Assembly: GCA_022572465.1 (NCBI GenBank)
Contig: JACZVV010000001.1
Span: forward strand, 2,749-66,748
Length of the DNA: 64,000 bases
Source: Chloroflexota bacterium
GTDB lineage: Bacteria > Chloroflexota > Dehalococcoidia > SHYB01
Direction: 5' to 3'
The notes under the pieces are model-generated. The model made no database searches and was not told the origin of the DNA. It saw nothing but the letters and a program-made list of their open reading frames with translations. Of the stretch, positions 1-9,336 are shown one piece after another. The translations under genes and the position numbers were made by a program. The first letter of the stretch is position 1, and every line of letters starts with the position of its first letter.

Positions 1-643
1 CGGCGCCGATGAAGCTGTCCTCGCCGGGGATGTTCAGCCGCCGGTACGTGGAGCCAGGCGTCAGCACCAGGGCATTGGCGCAGTAGGAGTCGCCGGAGGC
101 GGTGGTGATCAACTTGAAGCCGTCGCGGAAGGCGACGGCGGTAACCTCTTGGGCCACCAGCGTCTCGGCGCCGAAACGGCTCGCCTGCTTGGCCAGCCGG
201 TCGGCGAGGCTGGAGCCGCCGATGCCCTCTGGGAAGCCGGGCACGTTGTCCAGGTTCTCGGTGATCGCCGCTTGGCCGCCCAATGCTCCGCGGTCGATGA
301 CCAGCGTCGAGATGTCCTCTCGCGCCAGGTAGATGGCCGCGGTGAGGCCCGCGGGCCCGCCCCCGACGACGATGGTGTCGTAGAAGTCACCCCCGGCCCT
401 GGTCGTCATCCCCAGCTTGTCCATTAGCTCCCGCGGGCTGGGGTTGATGGAGAAGCTGCCGTCCTCGAACAGCACCGTGGGAATGGTGCGCCCGCCGTTC
501 TGGAGCTCCTCCAGCTTCTTTCGCCCATCCGCGTCCTCATCGATGTCGACGTTCTCGTACGGGAGTCGCTGCTCGCCGAGGAATTTCTTGAGTCGTTTGC
601 AGTAGGGGCACCAGACGGCGCTGAAAACCTTGATTCGCGGCAT
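1..643 (-). CDS. Glutaredoxin-like domain fused to thioredoxin reductase (TrxB-like); 3' end lies beyond the window
   Basis: Not in the ORF track. Manual translation from ATG 643 (GGAGG upstream): MPRIKVFSAVWCPYCKRLKKFL...GGRTIPTVLF...YDTIVVGGGPAGLTAAIYLARE...LGGQ...ENLDNVPGFPEGIGG. CPYC motif, then a GxGxxG FAD motif. Confidence 0.85.
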   Translation of the reverse strand, partial: MPRIKVFSAVWCPYCKRLKKFLGEQRLPYENVDIDEDADGRKKLEELQNGGRTIPTVLFEDGSFSINPSPRELMDKLGMTTRAGGDFYDTIVVGGGPAGLTAAIYLAREDISTLVIDRGALGGQAAITENLDNVPGFPEGIGGSSLADRLAKQASRFGAETLVAQEVTAVAFRDGFKLITTASGDSYCANALVLTPGSTYRRLNIPGEDSFIGA

Positions 644-808
644 CGTTTCCCTCCTGGTCGGGGCCTCTGAATCGCCGGTGAGGCCGGGACTTCCCCGGCG
701 GTTATCTTCAAGACATCCCAGCACTCATTGGATTCGATGCACGCCTGACGGTCAAGGGTGAGTCTCCCGGCGCCAGCCACGCCGCCGGAACGATCGACTC
801 CGCCCCCG

Positions 809-3037
809 TCACTCGCCGGACGACTCGGTGGGCCGCGCCGCCGCCGGCTGCACGCGGACGTCGGGAAGCCAACGCAACCACGTTGGGAAGTACCAGTTGA
901 CGTTGCCCAGCAACCGCATCGTCGACGGCACCAGGACCATGCGGACGATGGTGGCGTCCAGCAAGATCGCCACGCCGAGCCCGAAGCCCATCTGCTCGAA
1001 ACTGACCAGCCGTCCACTGGCGAAGCCGCCGAAAACGGCCACCATGATGAAGGCCGCGCCTGTGATGATCTTGCCCGTCGAGCGAAGTCCGAAGGCGACG
1101 GAGTCGGCGTTGTCGCCGGTCCGGTCGAACCGCTCTCGGATCCGGCTCAGCATGAAGACGTGATAGTCCATCGACAGTCCGAACAGCACCGAGAACAGGA
1201 ACAACGGGATCCAGGCCTCAATCGTGTCCACTTGCTGGAATCCGAAGAAGCCGGTGGCAACGCCTTTCTGGAAGACCAGCACCAGCATGCCGTAAGCGGC
1301 GCCGACCGAAAGCAGATTGAGGATCATGGCCTTGATGGGCACGACGATGGACCGAAAGACCAGCGTCAACAGCAAGAACGTGAGGCCGAGAACGAAGCCG
1401 AAGACGACGGGCGTGATGTCGCTGATGAGGCGGAAAAAGTCGATGGCGAACGCCGTCTCGCCGGTGACCAGCACCTGGCCCGGCACACCGTCGAAAGCGT
1501 CGGGGACGTGCTGCCGGCGCAGGCGTTTGACCGCGTCGATGGCGGCATCACTGTTGGAATCGGCGTTGATGGGGACTGGGAGGAGGGCCAAGTCGCGGGC
1601 CGGATTCACCTCGAGCGGCAGCGGTGGAGCAAACGCGTCGTCTTGGGCCAGCGAGCGGGTCAGGCGGTCGATTCCAGCGCGAACTTCCGGTGAGTCGATA
1701 TCGCCGTCGATGACCACATCCGCCGGCGTGATGCGTCCCGCCGAGAAATCCCGGTCGAGGATCTGAAACCCCGTCTTCGATTGAAGTCCTTCGGGAAGCG
1801 TGTCGATGCCGGCGAACCCCGGGTTGATGTCGAAGTACGGCACGGCCGCGGCGATGAGCAGTCCTACCGACAGGGTCATACTGAGCAACGGCCTGCGCAT
1901 CACGGTGCGGGCGACCCAGTACCAGAATCCGCCGGCATCACTCTCGGCCGTGGCTGTCTGCTGCCTGCCGAAGAACGGAACCCGGAGCTTGTTGACCCGG
2001 TCGCCCACGATGCTCAGCACCGCCGGCAGAAGGGTCAGTGACGCCGCCACGGCCATGATGACGACCATGATGGAGCCCAAGCCCAGGCTCTGGAAGATGG
2101 TGGTGGGCACGATCACCATGCCGATCAGCGCCAGGACGACCGTCACCCCGCTGAACAGCACGGTCCGGCTGCCCGTCGCCCCGGCCCGGGCGATGGCCTC
2201 GACCTTTTCCAGACCACCCCGGCGCTCCTCGCGGTAACGCTCGACGATGAACAGCGAGTAGTCGATGCCCACGGCCAACCCGATCATCACGATCATGGTG
2301 GTGATGAAGAACGAGAGCTCGATAAACTGACCGACGACAGCGGCGAGGCCGAGGGCCATGACGATGGCGACAGCGGCCAGCAACAGCGGGAGCAGAGCGG
2401 CGGCGATTGTGCCAAAAACGGCTATCAGGATGATGAGGGCGATGACGATGCCAATGGTCTCTCCCTGCACCAGGTCTTCGCCGAGGATCTCGAACGTCTC
2501 CCGGCTGACGCTGGCGATGCCGGTGCTAAAGACCTCGAACCCGTCTGTCTCCATGGCGGCGGCGACCGTGTCGTGCACCCGATCCACGTTGTCGACGGCG
2601 TCGTCGAGATCGCCGGCCATGAGGAACGGAATGATGGTGGTGCGCCGGTCCGGCGAGACCAATGACGCGTCGCCGGTCAGGTAGAAATTGGCCGCGGAGC
2701 CCGGCTCGACGATCTCGGGGCCCAGCGAGGTGATTTCCTCGAACAGCCCGGTGACGAAGGCTCGAAACGCCGGATCGTCCACGCTCCGCTCCGTGGAGCG
2801 TACGATGACGATCTCCCGGGCCTGCCGCTCGTCGCGCAGGCGGTCGTCCAGCAGCAGGTCGCCGCGCTTGGACTCCGGTCTGTTGGTAAAGTCGATCTGC
2901 GATGTCAGCGCGTCGCCCAGGAGCGTCGCGATGAGGAGCAGAGCGGCGACGAACGCGATCGCCCACAGGGCCACGGTCGTCCAGGGCCTGCGCGCGCTCT
3001 GCCGGGCAAGGGACTCAGTGCTGAGACGAAAAGGCAT
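809..3037 (-). CDS. MMPL/RND family transporter
   Basis: 742 aa; two MMPL repeats with GLAVGIDYSLF and FGLSMDYHVF motifs; many transmembrane segments. Confidence 0.92.
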   Translation of the reverse strand: MPFRLSTESLARQSARRPWTTVALWAIAFVAALLLIATLLGDALTSQIDFTNRPESKRGDLLLDDRLRDERQAREIVIVRSTERSVDDPAFRAFVTGLFEEITSLGPEIVEPGSAANFYLTGDASLVSPDRRTTIIPFLMAGDLDDAVDNVDRVHDTVAAAMETDGFEVFSTGIASVSRETFEILGEDLVQGETIGIVIALIILIAVFGTIAAALLPLLLAAVAIVMALGLAAVVGQFIELSFFITTMIVMIGLAVGIDYSLFIVERYREERRGGLEKVEAIARAGATGSRTVLFSGVTVVLALIGMVIVPTTIFQSLGLGSIMVVIMAVAASLTLLPAVLSIVGDRVNKLRVPFFGRQQTATAESDAGGFWYWVARTVMRRPLLSMTLSVGLLIAAAVPYFDINPGFAGIDTLPEGLQSKTGFQILDRDFSAGRITPADVVIDGDIDSPEVRAGIDRLTRSLAQDDAFAPPLPLEVNPARDLALLPVPINADSNSDAAIDAVKRLRRQHVPDAFDGVPGQVLVTGETAFAIDFFRLISDITPVVFGFVLGLTFLLLTLVFRSIVVPIKAMILNLLSVGAAYGMLVLVFQKGVATGFFGFQQVDTIEAWIPLFLFSVLFGLSMDYHVFMLSRIRERFDRTGDNADSVAFGLRSTGKIITGAAFIMVAVFGGFASGRLVSFEQMGFGLGVAILLDATIVRMVLVPSTMRLLGNVNWYFPTWLRWLPDVRVQPAAARPTESSGE

Positions 3038-3055
3038 GTCGCTCCTCTCGGGAAT

Positions 3056-3304
3056 CTACCGCTTCTGCCATACCGACTCGTACCGGTTCTCGATGAGCAT
3101 CCGGGATAGCGAGGCGTGGAGCTTGGAAAACCGTCCGTTGTATAGATTCGATTCGATGTCACTGAGCCGCCGTCCGTCCCACACGCGAAAGATCGACCTC
3201 CCGATAGTGGTCAGCAGCGTTGGCAAGACAAGATCGACGTAGACGAAATAGCCGCCCGGCCTCTGGACTCGATGGGTCTCCTTCACGGCGTCGAGCCAGT
3301 TGGG
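3056..3304 (-). pseudogene. C-terminal remnant of a class I SAM-dependent methyltransferase
   Basis: PNWLDAVKETHRVQRPGGYFVYVD resembles the 'E.hRVL.PGG' motif; the SAM-binding N-terminus is missing. Confidence 0.55.
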
Positions 3305-3518
3305 CGATGTGCTGCTGATGGCAGTGCTCGCAGCTGGCGGCGATGATTGCTTACTTGCCAGAGCATTACCGGTGCATCGCGCCGGCGCTCAGGTCCGCTT
3401 CCCGGCAGATGTCTTGCATCGTGGTCTGGCGGAACCCCTGGCCAGCGAAGCACGCGAAGGCGGCGTCGAGGATCTGCCGGCGGCGCGCTTCCAGGTGAGC
3501 CTGGGTAATCTTTGGCAC
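3305..3518 (-). pseudogene. TetR family regulator, N-terminal HTH remnant
   Basis: VPKITQAHLEARRRQILDAAFACFAGQGFRQTTMQDICREADLSAGAMHR*CSGK*AII; in-frame TAA at 3366-3368 and 3351-3353 replace the Y and E of the usual 'YRYFxxKEAII'. Confidence 0.8.
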
Positions 3519-3537
3519 GGAGTACGTCCTTGCACAG

Positions 3538-3574
3538 CGAATGCTCGTTCGATTTGTAAACGAACGTTCCTTCT
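3538..3574. promoter_or_regulatory. Two pseudo-palindromic sites, probable TetR operators
   Basis: CGAATGCTCGTTCG (3538-3551) and CGAACGTTCCTTCT (3561-3574) directly upstream of the TetR start. Confidence 0.5.
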
Positions 3575-3777
3575 TTTTATTACTGGCGTGTGTGCGTGTC
3601 AATCCCCCGCTGGCCAATTTCGAACGAATCCACCTGCGTCTGCGTCACTCGGCGGCGCGGGTGCTTGGCGCGGCCCGATGTGGCTCGACGACAACGAAGT
3701 CGAGAGGCACGCTTCAACGCGGCGCGGCGCGATGGGACGGCGGGGAGTCTCGCGGGCGCGTGAGGCAGGGAGCGACG

Positions 3778-4575
3778 CTACGCCGGCTTGCGGGCGACCA
3801 CCAGGCCGTAGCTCAGCGCACCCTGCGTGACGAGGTCGAGGGTCTTGCGCAGCAGGTCCTTGGCCCGGTCCACCAGCGACGGCTCGATGGGAAGCTTGCC
3901 GAGTTTGGCCCCTATTTCGGCGATCAGGAGCTTGTCTCGGAGGCCCTTCAGGAACTGGGCGGCGACGGTCTGCAGGTCTTCGGTGTGCTCGACGACGAGG
4001 CCGGTCCCGGAAACCAGGTCCCGGTACTCTTCGAGGCTCTTTGCGTCGCCGACGCACCCGGCCACGGCCAGGATGCCGTGCAGCTCTGGCGGCAGGGGGC
4101 CTTCGACGGTAACGTCGGTCAGTCCCAGGCGTCCGCCGGGCCGGAGCGTTTCTGCAACCAAGCGAAGCGCCCCCTCCTTGTCAGGCAGAATGGAGAGCAC
4201 GCACTCCATGATCGCGGCGTCGAAGCTGCCCGGCTCGAGGGAGGCGTGGTACAGGTCGCCCTGGATGAACGTCGTTCGCTGCTCGACGCCGCTCTCCCGG
4301 GCCTGGGCGCGGGCGGCCTCGACCAGGTCCGTCTCCAGGGTGACGCCGACGACGTGGCAGCCGAAGCTCTTCGCCAGGTGCACCGAGCTGGCGCCCCGTC
4401 CGCAGCCGAGGTCCAGCACGCGAGCGCCACCCTCGATCCCGGCCAACTCCACCAGGCGGGACGTGAGGGCGAGGCCGCCGGGGTGATAGGAATCGCCCAA
4501 GAGCCAGCGAGCCGCTGGGTGGCTGTAGGCGGCCGAGCAACAGCCGGCCAGGTCGAGGTCATTGGGCAGGGTCAT
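3778..4575 (-). CDS. Class I SAM-dependent methyltransferase (DVU_1556/ArsM-like)
   Basis: VLDLGCGRG motif I; HPGGLALT, ECVLS and LRPGGRLGLTD motifs; N-terminal CC. Confidence 0.85.
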   Translation of the reverse strand: MTLPNDLDLAGCCSAAYSHPAARWLLGDSYHPGGLALTSRLVELAGIEGGARVLDLGCGRGASSVHLAKSFGCHVVGVTLETDLVEAARAQARESGVEQRTTFIQGDLYHASLEPGSFDAAIMECVLSILPDKEGALRLVAETLRPGGRLGLTDVTVEGPLPPELHGILAVAGCVGDAKSLEEYRDLVSGTGLVVEHTEDLQTVAAQFLKGLRDKLLIAEIGAKLGKLPIEPSLVDRAKDLLRKTLDLVTQGALSYGLVVARKPA

Positions 4576-5098
4576 CGGCTCCCTCCGGCGTCGGGCAGGG
4601 CTGCTGCGGGTAGATTTTGCTGCGCCTGGCCCGGCTCTCGATGGTCTCTTTCATCTCGATCAGATGGTGGCGCATGAAGCGCTTCAACATGGGCGCGACG
4701 TACAGCTTGCCGACCAGCCACCCGGCGAGCCATCCTCGCACGCCGAACGTGCTCTCGTAACGCATGCGGGTGCAGGCCCCCCACTCCTCGAGGACGAAGC
4801 GATCGCGCAGCAGCGGCAACGGCCCCTGCTCCCCGGTAAAATCGATGCGGTCCGGCTCGTGAGTCGTGACCCACTCGACGGTGCGGTGGACGTTTGTCCT
4901 GCCGAACAGCCCTTTGATCGGCGTACGAAACTCGATGAGCTTGCGGGCGCCGTCCTCGCGCAGGACTCGCGAGCCGGACTCGCCGCCGGGACCCGCGGCG
5001 CCCCAGGCCGTCAGCACCTGGAACGCCAGCCGCCGGTCGGCCTGGATCTCGATCTCGGCCGCGGGCAGGCGGATGGGGACGGGCCATAACGACCACAT
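4559..5098 (-). CDS. SRPBCC/START-like ligand-binding protein
   Basis: Start set at ATG 5098 (MWSLWP); alternating beta-strand pattern followed by a C-terminal helix; overlaps the methyltransferase start. Confidence 0.6.
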   Translation of the reverse strand: MWSLWPVPIRLPAAEIEIQADRRLAFQVLTAWGAAGPGGESGSRVLREDGARKLIEFRTPIKGLFGRTNVHRTVEWVTTHEPDRIDFTGEQGPLPLLRDRFVLEEWGACTRMRYESTFGVRGWLAGWLVGKLYVAPMLKRFMRHHLIEMKETIESRARRSKIYPQQPCPTPEGADDPAQ

Positions 5099-5106
5099 GC
5101 CGTTGC

Positions 5107-6573
5107 TTACCCGGCGGTCTTCGCCTGGTTGAACCGCGCGAGGGCCGACCGCACGCGCTCTTTGCTCAACGCCTCGCGGACCTCCTCTCGATACCCGACG
5201 TTGTTGTAGGCGCAGAATGGGATCATGCGGCCGTCGGGCGTGAGAAACTCGACGCAGCATTTCATGAGTTTCTTCACGTCGAAGGTGTAGCGGTCCATGA
5301 AGTCCTTGATGCTCACGACGAAGATGTGCTTGGTCAGATTGTGGCCGTCCAGGGGCAGATCGATGTTGCACGTGGCGCAGCTGAACTTGTCGGCGACGCC
5401 GTCGGTCCCCGGCACCGCGGTGGCCGACCACAGCCCCTCCAGCGCCTCCTGGATGTTTTCGCCCGAATCGGGCCAGGGGATGGGCCAGGTGCGATTGGTG
5501 ATGTAGTCCAGGTACTCGTCGACGTTGATCAGGCGCGGCAGCGGGACCACCTCTTCACCGTCCACGTAAGCATACGTGATCGACTGGCAGGCCGGGTGGC
5601 AGCACGGCACCGGCACGAAGTCGCTCTTGACGAACGTGCCGCCGGTCTGGGCTTCGATGCGTTCGACGATCTCGGAGATCGTCACCCGGTCCATGGGGTC
5701 GAAGGGCAGGTGACGGCCGGTGTGGGTCACCGGCTGGAAGTTCACCCCTCGGACCGCCGGATGCTTCAGGCCGAACTCGATGATGCCGCCCACCTCGTGC
5801 TCGTTGACCCCTCGTTCGACGGCGGCGACGAGGATGGTCGGCAGGTCCAGCTCCGCCAGCCGGTCCAGGGCCGCCAGCTTCTCGTCGAGCAGCGCCTCGC
5901 CGCGCAGTTTCACATAGGTCTCGTCCTCCAGTCCGTCGAACTGGAGGTAGATCATCGGCCGCAGCTCGCCCAGGCGGCGCGCCCACTCGGCGTCCCGGGC
6001 AATGCGCCGCCCGTTGGTGTTGATCATCACATGGCGGATGCCCTTCTCCTGGGCCATGCGGACCATCTCGAACAGTTGAGGGTGCAGCGTGGGCTCGCCT
6101 CCACTAAACTGCAACACTTCAGGATCGCCCTCGGCCCGGACGAAGGTATCCAGCATGCGTTCGACCTGGTCCAACGTCAGGTTGTAACCGGGGCCGGCGT
6201 CGGCGAAGCAGGTGGGACACGCCAGGTTGCAGCCGGTGTTGACCTCGATCAGGGCCAGGCACGTGTGTTGCTTGTGCTCGGGGCAAAGGCCGCAGTCGTA
6301 CGGGCAGCCGTCCTTGACCTCGGTCTGGTACTCGAGAGGGATCGTGCCCGGTTTGTTGTACTTCAGCGAGTTGACATAACCTTCAGCGTCGGTGGACAGC
6401 AGCGCCTCGAACCGGCCGTGGTCGGGGCAGCGTTTTCGCAGGTACACCTTGTTGTTTTTCAGGTGAATCTCGCCGTCGATCAAGGCGTTGCATTCGGGAC
6501 ACAAGCTGCGAGTCAGCTCGTAGAAGATGGAATCGGCGGTTCGTTTCTCCGGGATGGCGCTACCGTGGGTCAC
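5107..6573 (-). CDS. Radical SAM protein of the COG1964 family (MJ0619/tetraether synthase Tes-like)
   Basis: CNLACPTC SAM motif; N-terminal CPEC...CPDH and CPYDCGLC...HTC; C-terminal KCC...PFCAYN; GTG start after AAGGAG. Confidence 0.85.
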   Translation of the reverse strand: MTHGSAIPEKRTADSIFYELTRSLCPECNALIDGEIHLKNNKVYLRKRCPDHGRFEALLSTDAEGYVNSLKYNKPGTIPLEYQTEVKDGCPYDCGLCPEHKQHTCLALIEVNTGCNLACPTCFADAGPGYNLTLDQVERMLDTFVRAEGDPEVLQFSGGEPTLHPQLFEMVRMAQEKGIRHVMINTNGRRIARDAEWARRLGELRPMIYLQFDGLEDETYVKLRGEALLDEKLAALDRLAELDLPTILVAAVERGVNEHEVGGIIEFGLKHPAVRGVNFQPVTHTGRHLPFDPMDRVTISEIVERIEAQTGGTFVKSDFVPVPCCHPACQSITYAYVDGEEVVPLPRLINVDEYLDYITNRTWPIPWPDSGENIQEALEGLWSATAVPGTDGVADKFSCATCNIDLPLDGHNLTKHIFVVSIKDFMDRYTFDVKKLMKCCVEFLTPDGRMIPFCAYNNVGYREEVREALSKERVRSALARFNQAKTAG

Positions 6574-6760
6574 AGCACGGCTCCTTTTTTGCCGCCGGTT
6601 GCCCGGCGCAGCGTTGAACTCGACGCACCCATGCGGCCCCATGTCCTACTGGAGGGCGGAGGGTTCTGGGCGAATCGCTGCATGATTCGATGCGTGGATC
6701 TGGAAGAAAGATTCTCGGCCGGGTTCGCGGAGCCACCCACGCTCGCCGGCTTCCAGGAGA

Positions 6761-8602
6761 TCACACGGCTGCTCGTTGCACCGCCTTCCGGAGCTGGACC
6801 GCGGTATTGATCACCGCCACATGGGTGAAGGCCTGGGGGAAGTTTCCCAGCATCTCGCCGGTTTCCGGGAGCACCTCTTCGCTGAACAGGCCCAGGTCGT
6901 TGGCGTGGCCCAGCAGGTTCTCGAACATGGCCCGGGCCCGGTCCGTCTCGCCGAGCAAGATCAGGTTGTCGGCCAGCCAGAAGGAGCACAGCGTGAACGC
7001 CCCCTCCTGGCCTCCAATTCCATCGTCGTAGTCCCGGTAACGGTAGACCAGCCCCGAAGGGCTGGTCAGCTCTTGGGCGGTCTTCTCGATGGTGGAGCGC
7101 ATGCGGGGATCGGTGGCCTTGATGAACCTGACCAGGGGAAGCATCAGGTTCGAGGCGTCCAGGGTCTTGCTGCCGTAGTGCTGGACGAAAGCCCCCACTT
7201 CGGGGTCGTACCCCTTTTCCAGCACTTCCTGCCGGATCTCCTCCATCACCGCCCGCCATTGCATGACGTCTCCGTCGCGCCCTGTGTCGCGCACCGTCAG
7301 CACGGCCCGGTGCAGCGCCACCCAGCACATCACCTTGGAGAACACGAAGTGCTGCCGCCCCCCTCGCGTCTCCCAGATCCCGTCGTCGGGCTCCTTCCAG
7401 TGGTCCATGACGAACTGGGCCACGTCGCGGCAGAACTCCCAGTACTCATCGTCAAACCCGCCGACGTATTTGCGGTAGAGGTGTGCCGAGTCCAGCACCT
7501 CCCCGTAGATGTCCAGCTGAAACTGCGAGTGGGCCCCGTTGCCGATCCGCACCGGGCGTGAGCGGCGATAGCCCTCCAGGTGAGGGAGCTCGATCTCCGT
7601 AAGGCGCCGCTCTCCCCCGAGCCCGTACATCACCTGGAGGTCGGCTGCTCGTCCCGCGGTGGCCCGCTCGAGCCAGTCTTTGAACGCTCGGGCTTCGTCC
7701 ACGAAGCCGACGATGTTCAACGCGTAGAGGGCGAAGGCGGCATCACGGATCCAAGTGTACCGATAGTCCCAGTTGCGGGATCCACCGATGGCCTCGGGCA
7801 ACGACGTGGTAGCCGCGGCTACCAGGCCGCCGGTGGGCGCGTAGGTCAGCGCCTTCAGCGTGAGGACGCTGCGCAGGACGTCGTCCCGATACGGGCCCTC
7901 GTACGTCAGCTTCGCCGACCACTCCTCCCAGAAACGTTTGGTGTCCTCGAAACGGAGCTTGACCTCCGCGCTGCCCAGCACCTCGATTTCGTGATTGGTG
8001 GGGTGCGAGTAACGAGCCGAAAAGTAGGCCGTGCTGCCCGAGTCCATCCGCCCTCTCGCTACGAAGCCGTTGTCCTCCACCTCCATCGGCGCGGAGCTAT
8101 AAAACGCCAGGGCGTCGGCCCCTCCATGGGCGTAACCGGAGTGGGGGTTGAGGGTCATCGCGTGGGGAACGATGGCGCCGTAGTCGAAACGGGGCTGACA
8201 GACAGCCTCGAATTCCACCGACCCCGATGTGCACTTCAGAATGCGCCCGATCTGTTGCTCCGGGAAGATCTCGTTCGGATCGCCGGGGCGGTCGTGGCCG
8301 TGGGCCGGCATGAAGTCTGTCAGCACCGCCGTTCCCTTCTTCGTGTGGAACGTCGTCTCGAGAATATTCGTCGCCGGCAGGTAGCGGCGGGTGGTCCGCA
8401 CCGTATCCAGAGGCCGCACCGTGAAATGGCCGCCAATGTTTTTGTCCAACAGGCGCCCGAAAACCGACCGGCTATCGAAACGCGGGAAGCAGGCCCAGTC
8501 CACCGAGCCGTCGGAGGAGACCAGGGCGCAGGAGTGAGCGTCGCCGATCAGGCCATAGTCGCTGATGGGGCGGTAGCCGTCGTTGGAGTCGGATGGGCTC
8601 AT
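6761..8602 (-). CDS. Glycoside hydrolase family 15 (glucoamylase/trehalase-like)
   Basis: AAATTSLPE...RNWDYRYTWIRD, DGIWE and LGNFPQAFTH motifs. Confidence 0.92.
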   Translation of the reverse strand: MSPSDSNDGYRPISDYGLIGDAHSCALVSSDGSVDWACFPRFDSRSVFGRLLDKNIGGHFTVRPLDTVRTTRRYLPATNILETTFHTKKGTAVLTDFMPAHGHDRPGDPNEIFPEQQIGRILKCTSGSVEFEAVCQPRFDYGAIVPHAMTLNPHSGYAHGGADALAFYSSAPMEVEDNGFVARGRMDSGSTAYFSARYSHPTNHEIEVLGSAEVKLRFEDTKRFWEEWSAKLTYEGPYRDDVLRSVLTLKALTYAPTGGLVAAATTSLPEAIGGSRNWDYRYTWIRDAAFALYALNIVGFVDEARAFKDWLERATAGRAADLQVMYGLGGERRLTEIELPHLEGYRRSRPVRIGNGAHSQFQLDIYGEVLDSAHLYRKYVGGFDDEYWEFCRDVAQFVMDHWKEPDDGIWETRGGRQHFVFSKVMCWVALHRAVLTVRDTGRDGDVMQWRAVMEEIRQEVLEKGYDPEVGAFVQHYGSKTLDASNLMLPLVRFIKATDPRMRSTIEKTAQELTSPSGLVYRYRDYDDGIGGQEGAFTLCSFWLADNLILLGETDRARAMFENLLGHANDLGLFSEEVLPETGEMLGNFPQAFTHVAVINTAVQLRKAVQRAAV

Positions 8603-9336
8603 GCGGTGACCCTGGAGAGCTGTTGAGCCGCATCGGTGGTCAGGAACCAGTGGAGCGCGCCCGAGGCCGGCTTCACCAACCCAGCGGGCGCCGCCGTTTC
8701 ACCCGCGCGCGGCTCGATGCTCTTCCTCACCGCCTCGGCCTTGCTGCCGTCGCTGGCGAGGAACGCGACGGCCCGGGCGGCGTTGATCAGCGGCAGCGTG
8801 AACGTCAGGCGGTACGTTCCAAGGTGGCGGGTCCGCGTGGCGACCACATGCCGGCGCCGCTCTTCCAGCGCCGCGCTGCCGGGGAAGAGCGAGGCCGTGT
8901 GGCCGTCGTCGCCGATGCCCAGGAGCACCAGGTCCAGCTCCGGCGTTCCATCCCCCAACACCCCCGCCAGCTCTGCCTCATACCGCTCCGCCGCTTCCTC
9001 CGGCGGCTCCTCGCCGCGCATCCTGTGGACCTGTGACGGGGGCACGGGAACGCTGTCGAGCAACGCCTCTTTCGCCAGGCGATAGTTGCTGCTCGGGTCC
9101 TCGGGCGGCACGCAGCGTTCGTCTCCCCAGAAGACGTGCCATCGGTCCCATCGCGCCTGCGAGGCGTAGGGCGGGCCGGCCAGGATTTCATAGACTCGCC
9201 GGGGCGTGGACCCGCCGGAAAGCGCGATCGTGAATCGGCCTCGGTCGGCGATGGCTTGGCCGGCCCATCGGGCGATGAACCCGGCCAGAGCCCGGGCATT
9301 CTTTTCAGGCGTCGCGACGACGTGCAGTTTACACAT
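8599..9336 (-). CDS. pgl: 6-phosphogluconolactonase
   Basis: [18 protein letters not shown] and [13 protein letters not shown] motifs; follows zwf. Confidence 0.93.
   Translation of the reverse strand: MCKLHVVATPEKNARALAGFIARWAGQAIADRGRFTIALSGGSTPRRVYEILAGPPYASQARWDRWHVFWGDERCVPPEDPSSNYRLAKEALLDSVPVPPSQVHRMRGEEPPEEAAERYEAELAGVLGDGTPELDLVLLGIGDDGHTASLFPGSAALEERRRHVVATRTRHLGTYRLTFTLPLINAARAVAFLASDGSKAEAVRKSIEPRAGETAAPAGLVKPASGALHWFLTTDAAQQLSRVTA

Noticed and set aside
3778..4575. Arsenite methyltransferase (arsM) assignment
   Set aside because: Cys residues are present, but I could not confirm the ArsM motif set and there are no ars genes nearby.
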